From: an uncultured Spartobacteria bacterium
Lineage (GTDB): Bacteria; Verrucomicrobiota; Verrucomicrobiia; Chthoniobacterales; UBA6821
Assembly (NCBI GenBank): GCA_903826635.1
Contig: CAIKFI010000056.1
Coordinates: 1-44,572, forward strand
Reading direction: 5' to 3'
Length of the DNA stretch: 44,572 nt
Every line of letters begins with the position of its first letter. Position 1 is the stretch's first letter. The notes beneath the pieces were generated by a model, which worked only from the letters and a program-made list of their open reading frames with translations, was not told where the DNA came from and made no database searches. The translations under genes were made by a program, and so were the position numbers. Below are positions 1 to 7,818 of this stretch, piece after piece.

Positions 1-866
1 CAGGGTATCAATCGGATTTGAAAAAACTCCAGACCAACCTTCAAAAGTATCAAGTGCCGGTATTCGGGGATTTGGAAAATGCCAAACCACAGGATCGCTC
101 GCAACTTTTCCAGGATGAGCTGAGAAGCGAAGTGACGAAAATCAAAGCATTGTCCAAGGACTCCGCGTCCGCTCTGCCGACTAATTTTTATCTCGGTTTG
201 GGGGAATATGAAAACAGTGTCCCAAAAAGCGACGACACCATCCTGCTTGCCAAACGCCTGACTGTGCTTGATTGGATCATGGAAACTCTCGTGAAGCAGG
301 GTGGAGTGCAGGTTGATAACTTCTCACGACTCGAGACCGAGTCGGTTCCAAAAACCGACACCTCGACGGCTAACACCGGGACTCAGGGTGCCAAAAAGAT
401 CGCTCCCTCACAGAGCAAGATAAAAACCAGCGCCCAGCATCCTCAGAATGTGACTTCCAGCACATCACCGACGACTCTTCCCGAGTCCCCTTACACGACC
501 GTGGGCAACCTCCAATTGACCTTTCGATCCTCCCAGGAATCATTCAGGAACTTTTTGAACGCCATGAGTGTGGCACCCTATTTCCTGGTCATTGAAAATC
601 TTCAGATTCAAAACACTTCCAAGGATGCACCGAAAAGAAGCGATCTCCAGCAACAAGCTCCCAAATCAGCATCCGGAAAACCTCTGGTCGCAAGCCGCCT
701 TCATTTTGTGGTCGGTGGTCCGGAGGAATTGCTGAATATCGCCATGAAGATACGAATTCTTGAATTTCCAAAAACCACAGTCTCTAAAAACGATCCGACA
801 TCCGGAACGGGAACTTCAGCCAAAACAACTTCCCCCAGTCAAAAAGACAAAGCGACAGCCAAGTAA
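1..866 (+). CDS. Amuc_1100-family pilus-like protein (type IV pilus-associated outer-membrane protein family), 5' end cut by the window edge
   Basis: The frame is open from nt 3 (GYQSD precedes the TTG at 18), so the gene begins upstream of the window. Two blocks, YLGLGEYENSVPKSDDTILLAKRLTVLDWIMETLVKQG and LQLTFRSSQESFRNFLNAMSVAPYFLVIENLQIQN, parallel Akkermansia Amuc_1100 as I recall it (WLGFQVYS...ELKAINSLVNKLAECG and LEIAFQGDRESVLKAMNAITGMQDYLFTVNSIRIRN). The gene is followed by the expected Amuc_1099-slot gene and secretin genes. Confidence 0.65.
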   Translation, partial: GYQSDLKKLQTNLQKYQVPVFGDLENAKPQDRSQLFQDELRSEVTKIKALSKDSASALPTNFYLGLGEYENSVPKSDDTILLAKRLTVLDWIMETLVKQGGVQVDNFSRLETESVPKTDTSTANTGTQGAKKIAPSQSKIKTSAQHPQNVTSSTSPTTLPESPYTTVGNLQLTFRSSQESFRNFLNAMSVAPYFLVIENLQIQNTSKDAPKRSDLQQQAPKSASGKPLVASRLHFVVGGPEELLNIAMKIRILEFPKTTVSKNDPTSGTGTSAKTTSPSQKDKATAK

Positions 867-873
867 AGGCGCC

Positions 874-1896
874 ATGAAATCCTATCTTACCCAAAATTAC
901 GATCGGTTGCTTCTTTGGATTGGTGGTTCCCTGTTGCTGATCTCCTTACTGGTTGTGATGTATTTTTGCTTCATAACACCCCCCTCCGGAACCTCTTCTT
1001 TTCAGGCTAAAGGCAACGCCTCCCTCACCATTCCCGCTTCAAAAGGGGCCTCCGCTCTGGATCGTCTCGGAAAAGTTGCCTCTTGGAACGCACGCACCGA
1101 CGGAGCCTCACCCTTTGTCTCCCGACCATATATTCTCAAGGAGGGGAAACTCTTCGATCCTCTGAACGGAAGCGAACCCCTTCACCCACCGGTGCCCAAC
1201 CAATGGTTCGTTGAACATCAACTGGATTATGCCGATGTCGACATCCTGACAAAAGATCCCAAAGGCAAGGGATTCACACTCTTGGAAGAATTCAATGCTG
1301 GCACCGACCCGAACAACCCCCATCAATTCCCCCCGCTCTATAAAAAGCTCACGTATGCCGATTCAGATCTTAGCAAAAACACCTATCGCTTTGATTTCCT
1401 TGGAGTTGATGATTCCGAAGGGGTAAAAAAATATCAGCTCCGCCCCTTGACCCCTCTTCCAAATCCTACTCGAAAAGAGTCAAAAGCGGATACAACAAGC
1501 AGGTCTGTTGCGATTGGGGAGGCCATTCCGGGAGCTCCAACCCTGAAAGTCGTTGATTATCTCGAAAAGAAAAAAACTATCAATGATACCGAGTATGATT
1601 TCAGCGAATTAGTGCTGGAAAACACCCTGACCGGAAAAAGGATCAACCTGACTCAAAAAAATATCTCCAAAGAGTATCACACGACAACGATTACCACCAT
1701 TGAGGGAGTCACCCTTCATTATCAACTCACAGGGGCTCCTGATCAGACGTTCCCCCTGAAAAGGGGCGATGAAATCCCCTTGGCGAGCCTTGACAAGAGT
1801 TTTTCAGAAATTTACAAACTCAAGGACTTTTCCGATGAAGGGATCCTTTTGGAAAAAGATGGGGCCACTCTCCTCGTGAAGGCCCCCGCAGAGTAG
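874..1896 (+). CDS. Amuc_1099-slot pilus-like system protein (membrane-anchored, otherwise uncharacterised)
   Basis: ATG at 874 gives an N-terminal anchor, LLLWIGGSLLLISLLVVMYFCFI. The longer 760 start would overlap the upstream gene by 107 nt. The position between the Amuc_1100-like gene and the secretin fits the slot. A degenerate D-x-D...LEEFNAGTDPNNP (thrombospondin-type-3-like) motif is encoded at nt 1231-1320. I recognise no other domain. Confidence 0.5.
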   Translation: MKSYLTQNYDRLLLWIGGSLLLISLLVVMYFCFITPPSGTSSFQAKGNASLTIPASKGASALDRLGKVASWNARTDGASPFVSRPYILKEGKLFDPLNGSEPLHPPVPNQWFVEHQLDYADVDILTKDPKGKGFTLLEEFNAGTDPNNPHQFPPLYKKLTYADSDLSKNTYRFDFLGVDDSEGVKKYQLRPLTPLPNPTRKESKADTTSRSVAIGEAIPGAPTLKVVDYLEKKKTINDTEYDFSELVLENTLTGKRINLTQKNISKEYHTTTITTIEGVTLHYQLTGAPDQTFPLKRGDEIPLASLDKSFSEIYKLKDFSDEGILLEKDGATLLVKAPAE

Positions 1897-2042
1897 ATGA
1901 TCCCCTACCCAATTTCTTATTCCCCCACTCTTTTATTCCCGTGCCACATAACTCTGACATGGGTAGATTATCTCCCTTCACCATCGTGACAAAGAAGACA
2001 CTGAACACATTGCCGGCCGATTCGCAAAAAGAGAACAAATCC

Positions 2043-4535
2043 ATGCCCCTGCCTCACGCATCCCGGATTCTTGAGTTCTCACTGTTTGTGATGATCCTGT
2101 CACTCTCTCCGATGGGAGTCTCTTCTGTCGTCGCCCAGCAATCCTCGGTAGTGGGACAGACGGAAAGGGAAATCCGTATCCTTCAGGAACGCAGCAACTG
2201 GTCCCGCACCCAGATCTCCAAAGCTCAATCCGCTCTCGCAATGAACGATTACGAGACGGCCTATGCACTCTCCAAGAGCGCGGTGGATGCCCTTCCTTCC
2301 GGTGGTGATGCACTGAAGGGACTTCGTCCGCTTGCCCTTGAGACCTTCTCAAAATCCGCAGTGATGCTGGCTCAGCAAAGGATCTCAGAAGGTCGCTTCG
2401 AGGATGCCCAACTCGTCGTCTCGTCGGTCGCAGGCAGTCCTTATGATTCAACCTACGGACCCCTGCTTTCGCTGGAAAAAAAACTGCATGACCCGAAGGA
2501 ATTCAATAAGACGGTGACTCCGGGCTTCGTCGCCAAAGTTGAGGAGGTCAAACAGCTCCTCAGTCAGGCTAAAGGATGTTATGATCGTGGAAGTTTTGAC
2601 AAAGCCTTCAGAACCTATGAGAAGGTCCTGAATCTTGATCCGGAAAACACCTCTGCACGTCTCGGAATGGAGGAGGTCAACAAGCAGCGAACCACTTATG
2701 CTGAGACTGCTTACAATGAGCAGCGCAGCAAAATGGTCGAGGATGTGTCCAGGGCGTGGGAATTGCCGGTTGCCAAATTCGACACGGGAGCATCAACCAT
2801 CATCGAGCAGAATCCCATCGACGTCATGGGGACCAGCTCCATCACCCGCAAACTTCAGGAAATCAGGATCGACAAACTTCTGCTTCAGGATGACAGCGTT
2901 CGTGAGGCCATTGCAAAGCTTCAGAAAAAATCCAAGGACCTTGATGTGAGTGAAAGCGATCCGGCCAAAAAGGGAGTGAACATCGTGCTTAAACTCGATC
3001 CGGCCAAGGAGTCCGCGGATGGAGGCACCAGAATTTCCCTTGCGCTCAATGATCTCCCCTTATCCGAGGCCCTGAAATATGTCGCTTCTGCAGCAAACCT
3101 CAAGGTCAAGGTCGAGCCCTATGCTGCGGCTCTGGTTCCTCTTTCCGAACCTTCGGAGGTCTTGATCTCCAAGGAATACAAGGTTCCACCTGGTTTCATT
3201 TCTTCCGCACCCACACCTGCGGCCAAGGGCGGGGATCCCGGTAAGGTCGGTAAGACCGGAGCCAAGGAGTTCTTGGAAGCCCAAGGGGTGACCTTCCCTT
3301 CGGGAGCCAGCGCCACCTACCTTGCATCCAGCAGCAGGTTGCTCGTCAAGAACACCCAGTCCAATCTCGACTTGATCGATTCCCTAGTGGAAGTCGCCCA
3401 GGCAACCCCTCCGAGTCAGGTTGAGATCCAGGCGAGATTCCTCGAAATCACGCAGAATAACCTCGAGGAACTAGGATTTGATTGGCTGATGGGATCCTTC
3501 CAGCTTCCCGGTGGGACGGGAGCTTATGGCGGAGGAGGCACCGTTGGGAACCAGGCTGCCCAGCCGGTGACAAGCTTTCCTTTTGTGAATGGAGGGGTTC
3601 CCACAGGAGCCATGAATACTGCGGGTGGAAATGTAACCGCAGGAAATGTAACCGCGGGAAATCGCACCGGGGCCGCAGGCATTTCCGCCAATGCCCTTGA
3701 TGGGTTGCTCTTCGGGAGTCCAGTTGGTCCGGCTCCCGGGGTTCTCGCCCTGGCGGGTATCTTCACAAATCCTCAATTCCAGGTCGTTCTCAGGGCGATC
3801 AACCAGCAAAAAGGGGTCGACCTCGTCTCGGCCCCCAAGATCACCGTCACCAGCGGTCGCAAGGCAACAATCAACATCAGTAGAAAGTTTCCTTACCCTA
3901 AAGATTACGCTCCACCACAAATTCCCCAGACACAATTTGGCGGCGGCGGCGTGGCCACGCCTTCGACTCCCACCTCCTTTGAAGTAAGAAAGGTCGGGGT
4001 GCAATTGGAGGTTGAGCCGACCATCGGTCCAGACGGCTACACCATTGAACTGAGTCTCTCTCCCCAAATCGTTGAGTTTGAGGGTATGGTGAACTACGGC
4101 ACTCCGATCAACGCAGTGGCCCCAATCAAGACCATTGGCGGTGTTAGCTTGGGCCAGACTACGAAAGTTGTTCTCTCGCAGAATCCCATTCTTCAACCCG
4201 TCTTCAGCGTCCGCCAAGTCGATACACAGGTGACGGTTCAGGATAATCAGACCGTCGTTCTGGGAGGTCTCATGAGGGAGGATGTTCAGAAAGTTCAGGA
4301 CAAGACACCCATTGTCGGAGATCTTCCCTTGGTTGGTGCACTCTTCAGAAGCTCTGACAATCAGCGCATCAAACGGAATCTCCTGATCTTTGTCACCGCC
4401 GGCCTTTTGGACCCTGCGGGACAACCACTGATTAAGCAGGACGACGAGTCCTCCCAACTGGTTCCAGACGCAATGGCAATCCGATCCGAAGCCGTTCCGG
4501 GGGATGCATCAACCGCGACGCAAAAATCCCGATGA
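2043..4535 (+). CDS. Secretin (T2SS/type IV pilus outer-membrane channel, Amuc_1098-like), copy A
   Basis: ATG at 2043 gives a signal peptide (MPLPHASRILEFSLFVMILSLSPMGVSSVVA/QQ). The C-terminal secretin core is present: GVDLVSAPKITVTSGRKATI ... VVLGGLMREDVQKVQDKTPIVGDLPLVGALFRSSDNQRIKRNLLIFVTAGLLD. The N-terminal ~250 aa form a helical-repeat region. The 1941 and 1959 starts would add a non-signal extension. Confidence 0.85.
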   Translation: MPLPHASRILEFSLFVMILSLSPMGVSSVVAQQSSVVGQTEREIRILQERSNWSRTQISKAQSALAMNDYETAYALSKSAVDALPSGGDALKGLRPLALETFSKSAVMLAQQRISEGRFEDAQLVVSSVAGSPYDSTYGPLLSLEKKLHDPKEFNKTVTPGFVAKVEEVKQLLSQAKGCYDRGSFDKAFRTYEKVLNLDPENTSARLGMEEVNKQRTTYAETAYNEQRSKMVEDVSRAWELPVAKFDTGASTIIEQNPIDVMGTSSITRKLQEIRIDKLLLQDDSVREAIAKLQKKSKDLDVSESDPAKKGVNIVLKLDPAKESADGGTRISLALNDLPLSEALKYVASAANLKVKVEPYAAALVPLSEPSEVLISKEYKVPPGFISSAPTPAAKGGDPGKVGKTGAKEFLEAQGVTFPSGASATYLASSSRLLVKNTQSNLDLIDSLVEVAQATPPSQVEIQARFLEITQNNLEELGFDWLMGSFQLPGGTGAYGGGGTVGNQAAQPVTSFPFVNGGVPTGAMNTAGGNVTAGNVTAGNRTGAAGISANALDGLLFGSPVGPAPGVLALAGIFTNPQFQVVLRAINQQKGVDLVSAPKITVTSGRKATINISRKFPYPKDYAPPQIPQTQFGGGGVATPSTPTSFEVRKVGVQLEVEPTIGPDGYTIELSLSPQIVEFEGMVNYGTPINAVAPIKTIGGVSLGQTTKVVLSQNPILQPVFSVRQVDTQVTVQDNQTVVLGGLMREDVQKVQDKTPIVGDLPLVGALFRSSDNQRIKRNLLIFVTAGLLDPAGQPLIKQDDESSQLVPDAMAIRSEAVPGDASTATQKSR
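3627..3671 (+). repeat. In-frame 15-nt tandem repeat (2 near-identical copies plus 1 diverged copy) inside secretin A
   Basis: ggaaatgtaaccgca / ggaaatgtaaccgcg / ggaaatcgcaccggg, encoding GNVTA-GNVTA-GNRTG within a Gly-rich insert. Confidence 0.8.
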
Positions 4536-4606
4536 AACAGGTCTTACCCTCTTTTCATTTCATTTGCTCCCGAACTTTCACCATGAGTCCAACACGTAAT
4601 AATGGC

Positions 4607-7147
4607 ATGAAAAGGACCCCTCAGATCTCAACGGCCTTGAGGAGTATTCTCGCCGTGATGGGATGCTTCGTGATGCCCGCCCTTCAAGCCCAGAGTCTGG
4701 CCGATCAGACAGAAAAAACAATTGTCAGGAGTCAGGCGGACCTTCAGCAGGCTCAGTCACTCATGCGTGAAGCTTCCAAAAAACAATTGCTTGCTAAGAA
4801 CAATGGAGATTCCTTTGAGGAAGCCTATAGCCTCGCGGTACAGGCCATCCAACTGGCCCCAGCCCCGAGTGTTGCGGCAGGATCCTCCAGATCCGTAATC
4901 GTCGCGGATTATACAAGAATCTCCCTCGTCTATGCCAGGCAACTGATCGCGGGAGGACGCTACACGGAGGCGGAAACTGTTGCCAAGACTGTGCTGCAAC
5001 CCTCTGTAAACCCCTCCAGCAGGGAGGCCGTTCAACTGCTCTCTGATTTGGAGCAACCGGAAGTCTTTAACAAGACAGTCACTCCAAAATCCGCCGAGCG
5101 GAGAGATCATGTGATCCAACTCCTTCAGGAGGCCCAGGGACTTGCTGAGAGTGGACGCAATGCACTGGCCCTCTCCAAATACAATGAGGTCCTCACCATT
5201 GATCCCTATAACAAGGCCGCCCGCAATGGGATGGATACCATTAACAACAGCAAAATCAAATACGCAGACGAGGCCTACAACGAGACCAGGAGCCGGCTGC
5301 TCTGGCAGGTGGAGAAGGCCTGGGAGCGGCCTGTTGTAAAACCAAGGCATGGACGTTCCAGCGAGGCGATGGGTCACCAACAGGAAACCAAGGGAACGGA
5401 TCAGATCGTCGCCAAACTCAATTCAATCATCATCCCTAAAATCGAACTGAACGATTCACCCATGAGTGAGGCGGTGGAATACCTGAAACAGAAAGGTCGC
5501 GATCAGGATCCTGAAAAGAAAGGGGTGAACATCTTCCTGAAACTTGCCCCGACAGCTGATGGGGGGAGCAAATCGGAATCCAAAAATACTGGGAGTGCCG
5601 CAGAACCGACCATCAATCTCTCCCTCAATCATGTGCCCCTTTATGTGGCTCTCGAATACGTGAGCAAATTGGCCAACATGAAGTTGAAGGTCGATCCATA
5701 TGCTGTGTCGATCGTTCCACTTACGGAACCAACGGATGTCCTGATCACCAAGGAATACAAAGTTCCTCCAAATTTTATTCCCGCCAAGCAATTGGACCCC
5801 GCCAATGGTTCCGCTATTCCAAAAACAAAGCCAGGCGGTGAGGACACGAATGTCGTTTCCAGAATCGGATCTCGTTACAATGCCCAAGAGTATCTTTCTT
5901 CCCAGGGTGTCGATTTCCCCACCGGCGCCAGCGCGAACTATATTCCCTCCTCAAGCAAACTGATTGTACGAAACACCCGCGATAACATCGACCAGATCGA
6001 CGCTCTCGTCGATGCCTCCATGGAGTCGAGTCCTACTCAGGTCGATATTCAGACAAAGTTTCTGGAAATCAACCAAAACAACCTTCAGGAACTCGGATTT
6101 GACTGGCTGCTCGGGCCCTTCAGTATTGGAGGCGGTGTCTATGGGAGTGGTGGTGGCGGACCGGGCAATCCCGCCAATTACCCGTTTGGAAATCCTTATC
6201 CCGGTGGATACCCGATGAGTCAGGTGGGATCCTTACGCTCTGGTGATCGGGCAATTTCAGGAAATTCTGTCGATTCTCTCTTGGCCGCACAAAATGCGGG
6301 TAGTTTCGCAGCCGGAGGCAATGGCGATGCTGTGGGAGCAGCGCCAGGGATTTTCAGCATTGCAGGAGTCTTTTCGGACCCTCAGTTCCAAATGGTGATT
6401 CATGCCTTAAACCAGAAAAAAGGGATTGATCTCATGGCAGCGCCCAAAGTGACCACCAAAAGCGGCATAAAGGCCACGATTCAGATTGTCAACGAGTTCA
6501 TCTATCCGACCCAATACGATCCTCCGACCATTCCCCAAACAACCTCGAACGCTGTCGCGGGATTCTCAGTTCCTCCTACGGTAACCCCATCCTTCCCAAG
6601 GAATTTCGTCATGGAACCACTGGGTGTCATCCTTGATGTTCTTCCTACTATCGGACCCGATGGCTATACGATCGATATGGCGCTCAATCCGAAAGTGACC
6701 GACTTCGACGGATTCATCAATTACGGCTCTCCCATTAACGAGGTTGGTTACACGATTCAAAGTGGCTTCGCGGTCCCTGTCGCTCAAACAGTGACTACCA
6801 ATACGATTAATCAGCCTGTCTTCTCTGTCCGTGAGGTGAATACCTTCGTAACGGTCTGGGATGGTCAGACCGTTGCTCTTGGAGGTCTCATCACGGAAAA
6901 TGTCCAGAAAGTCCAGGACAAGGTACCTATTCTGGGTGATGTGCCCGTGGCCGGTCGCCTCTTCCGATCCGACGTGGATCAGAAACTTAAGAAGAATCTG
7001 GTTATCTTCGTGAAGCCGACCATTTTGGATTCTCAGGGCCAGCCACGACGAGGAAACGACGAGGAACTCGAGCAGGTGCAACCATTGGGACTTCCGAAAA
7101 ATCTTCCCCTCCCTTCGGATCATTCGACGGCTGGACAGACAAAATAG
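4607..7147 (+). CDS. Secretin (T2SS/type IV pilus outer-membrane channel, Amuc_1098-like), copy B, paralogue of copy A
   Basis: ATG at 4607 gives a signal peptide (MKRTPQISTALRSILAVMGCFVMPALQA/QS). Alternative in-frame ATGs lie at 4583 and 4532; the 4532 ATG overlaps the copy A stop as ATGA. The protein is collinear with copy A, sharing the blocks FNKTVTP, KKGVNIFLKL, KEYKVPPNFI, LQELGFDWL and DPQFQMV. Secretin core: VALGGLITENVQKVQDKVPILGDVPVAGRLFRSDVDQKLKKNLVIFVKPTILD. Confidence 0.85.
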   Translation: MKRTPQISTALRSILAVMGCFVMPALQAQSLADQTEKTIVRSQADLQQAQSLMREASKKQLLAKNNGDSFEEAYSLAVQAIQLAPAPSVAAGSSRSVIVADYTRISLVYARQLIAGGRYTEAETVAKTVLQPSVNPSSREAVQLLSDLEQPEVFNKTVTPKSAERRDHVIQLLQEAQGLAESGRNALALSKYNEVLTIDPYNKAARNGMDTINNSKIKYADEAYNETRSRLLWQVEKAWERPVVKPRHGRSSEAMGHQQETKGTDQIVAKLNSIIIPKIELNDSPMSEAVEYLKQKGRDQDPEKKGVNIFLKLAPTADGGSKSESKNTGSAAEPTINLSLNHVPLYVALEYVSKLANMKLKVDPYAVSIVPLTEPTDVLITKEYKVPPNFIPAKQLDPANGSAIPKTKPGGEDTNVVSRIGSRYNAQEYLSSQGVDFPTGASANYIPSSSKLIVRNTRDNIDQIDALVDASMESSPTQVDIQTKFLEINQNNLQELGFDWLLGPFSIGGGVYGSGGGGPGNPANYPFGNPYPGGYPMSQVGSLRSGDRAISGNSVDSLLAAQNAGSFAAGGNGDAVGAAPGIFSIAGVFSDPQFQMVIHALNQKKGIDLMAAPKVTTKSGIKATIQIVNEFIYPTQYDPPTIPQTTSNAVAGFSVPPTVTPSFPRNFVMEPLGVILDVLPTIGPDGYTIDMALNPKVTDFDGFINYGSPINEVGYTIQSGFAVPVAQTVTTNTINQPVFSVREVNTFVTVWDGQTVALGGLITENVQKVQDKVPILGDVPVAGRLFRSDVDQKLKKNLVIFVKPTILDSQGQPRRGNDEELEQVQPLGLPKNLPLPSDHSTAGQTK

Positions 7148-7209
7148 TTTTTCGCCTTCACCAACGGGTGAACGAGTCAGGATGAGCATAGTAACCCAAG
7201 TTCAATGAC

Positions 7210-7818
7210 ATGCCCTCAATAGCAATCACAGGAACCATCGGCAGCGGCAAGTCAGAATCCCTCCATCTCCTGGGAAAAACCCTTGCAGCCTTCAAGATCA
7301 CTTCCCTCTTCTCGGCAGACGATGAAAACAGGAAATTATTGAACTCGGATCTCGCCGTCAGGCAGGCTATCATCACAAAACTTGGAGCAAGGTGTTATCT
7401 GGCAGACGGATGTCCAGATAAGGAATTCCTCTTCTCGATCATCAGCTCGAACCCCGAGGCCCTGAAAACTCTAGAACAAATCATGCACCCTAGGATCGAA
7501 CTCCTATGGAGACCTGAAGCGAAAAAACATGCAAAATCTGAAAGTTCGTTTTTTATTGCTGAAATTCCGCTGCTTTTTGAAAAAGGATTGGAATCTCTCT
7601 TCACCACGACCATCGTGGTGGCGTGTTCGGACTCTGTGCGTAAGGAAAGACTAAACCGACGCTCCTTATCCACAGAGAAAGCCGTGGGATGGATGAACCT
7701 ACAATTGTCCCAGCAGGATAAAATCACGAAATCCGATCACGTGATCTGGAATGATGGTTCACACGAAGTCTTGAAAAAACAAATTGATTTGATGGCATCC
7801 CAGCTTCTGAACACATGA
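7210..7818 (+). CDS. coaE: Dephospho-CoA kinase
   Basis: N-terminal P-loop IAITGTIGSGKSE, ~200 aa, EIPLLFE motif; typical CoaE size and layout. Confidence 0.85.
   Translation: MPSIAITGTIGSGKSESLHLLGKTLAAFKITSLFSADDENRKLLNSDLAVRQAIITKLGARCYLADGCPDKEFLFSIISSNPEALKTLEQIMHPRIELLWRPEAKKHAKSESSFFIAEIPLLFEKGLESLFTTTIVVACSDSVRKERLNRRSLSTEKAVGWMNLQLSQQDKITKSDHVIWNDGSHEVLKKQIDLMASQLLNT

Noticed and set aside
760-873. N-terminal extensions offered by the longest-ORF track: 760 for the Amuc_1099-like gene, 1941 for secretin A, 12158 for rsmD, 20163 for leuS, 20269 for rdgB, 29990 for the MBL gene, 33526 for the esterase and 42407 for proS.
   Set aside because: The extensions overlap neighbouring genes or place 25-50 non-signal residues in front of a clear signal peptide or a conserved family N-terminus. 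The internal ATGs give canonical N-termini.
2476-2483. A8 tract (gaa aaa aaa) early in secretin A, considered as a possible slipped-strand phase-variation switch.
   Set aside because: It is only 8 nt and arises from ordinary Glu-Lys-Lys codons. A7 tracts of the same kind occur in several housekeeping genes in this window (for example at 1655, 21552 and 33673), so there is no enrichment to suggest a contingency locus.
3471-4457. Long antisense ORFs opposite well-supported genes: 3471-4457, 4757-5380 and 6566-7189 (opposite the secretins), 17912-19027 (ftsH), 19646-20287 (rdgB), 20148-20708 (leuS) and 41478-42155 (proS).
   Set aside because: Each lies fully inside a gene with strong family motifs on the other strand. 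Their translations are Arg/Gly/Pro/Ser-rich, low-complexity and without any recognisable motif. This is the typical shadow-ORF behaviour of moderately GC-rich coding DNA.
7148-7818. coaE directly after pilus genes, reminiscent of Pseudomonas pilB-pilC-pilD-coaE, considered as a functional link.
   Set aside because: Here coaE follows the secretins rather than a prepilin peptidase, and it overlaps rho. This is most simply the start of an unrelated housekeeping unit, and nothing in the sequence supports coupling.
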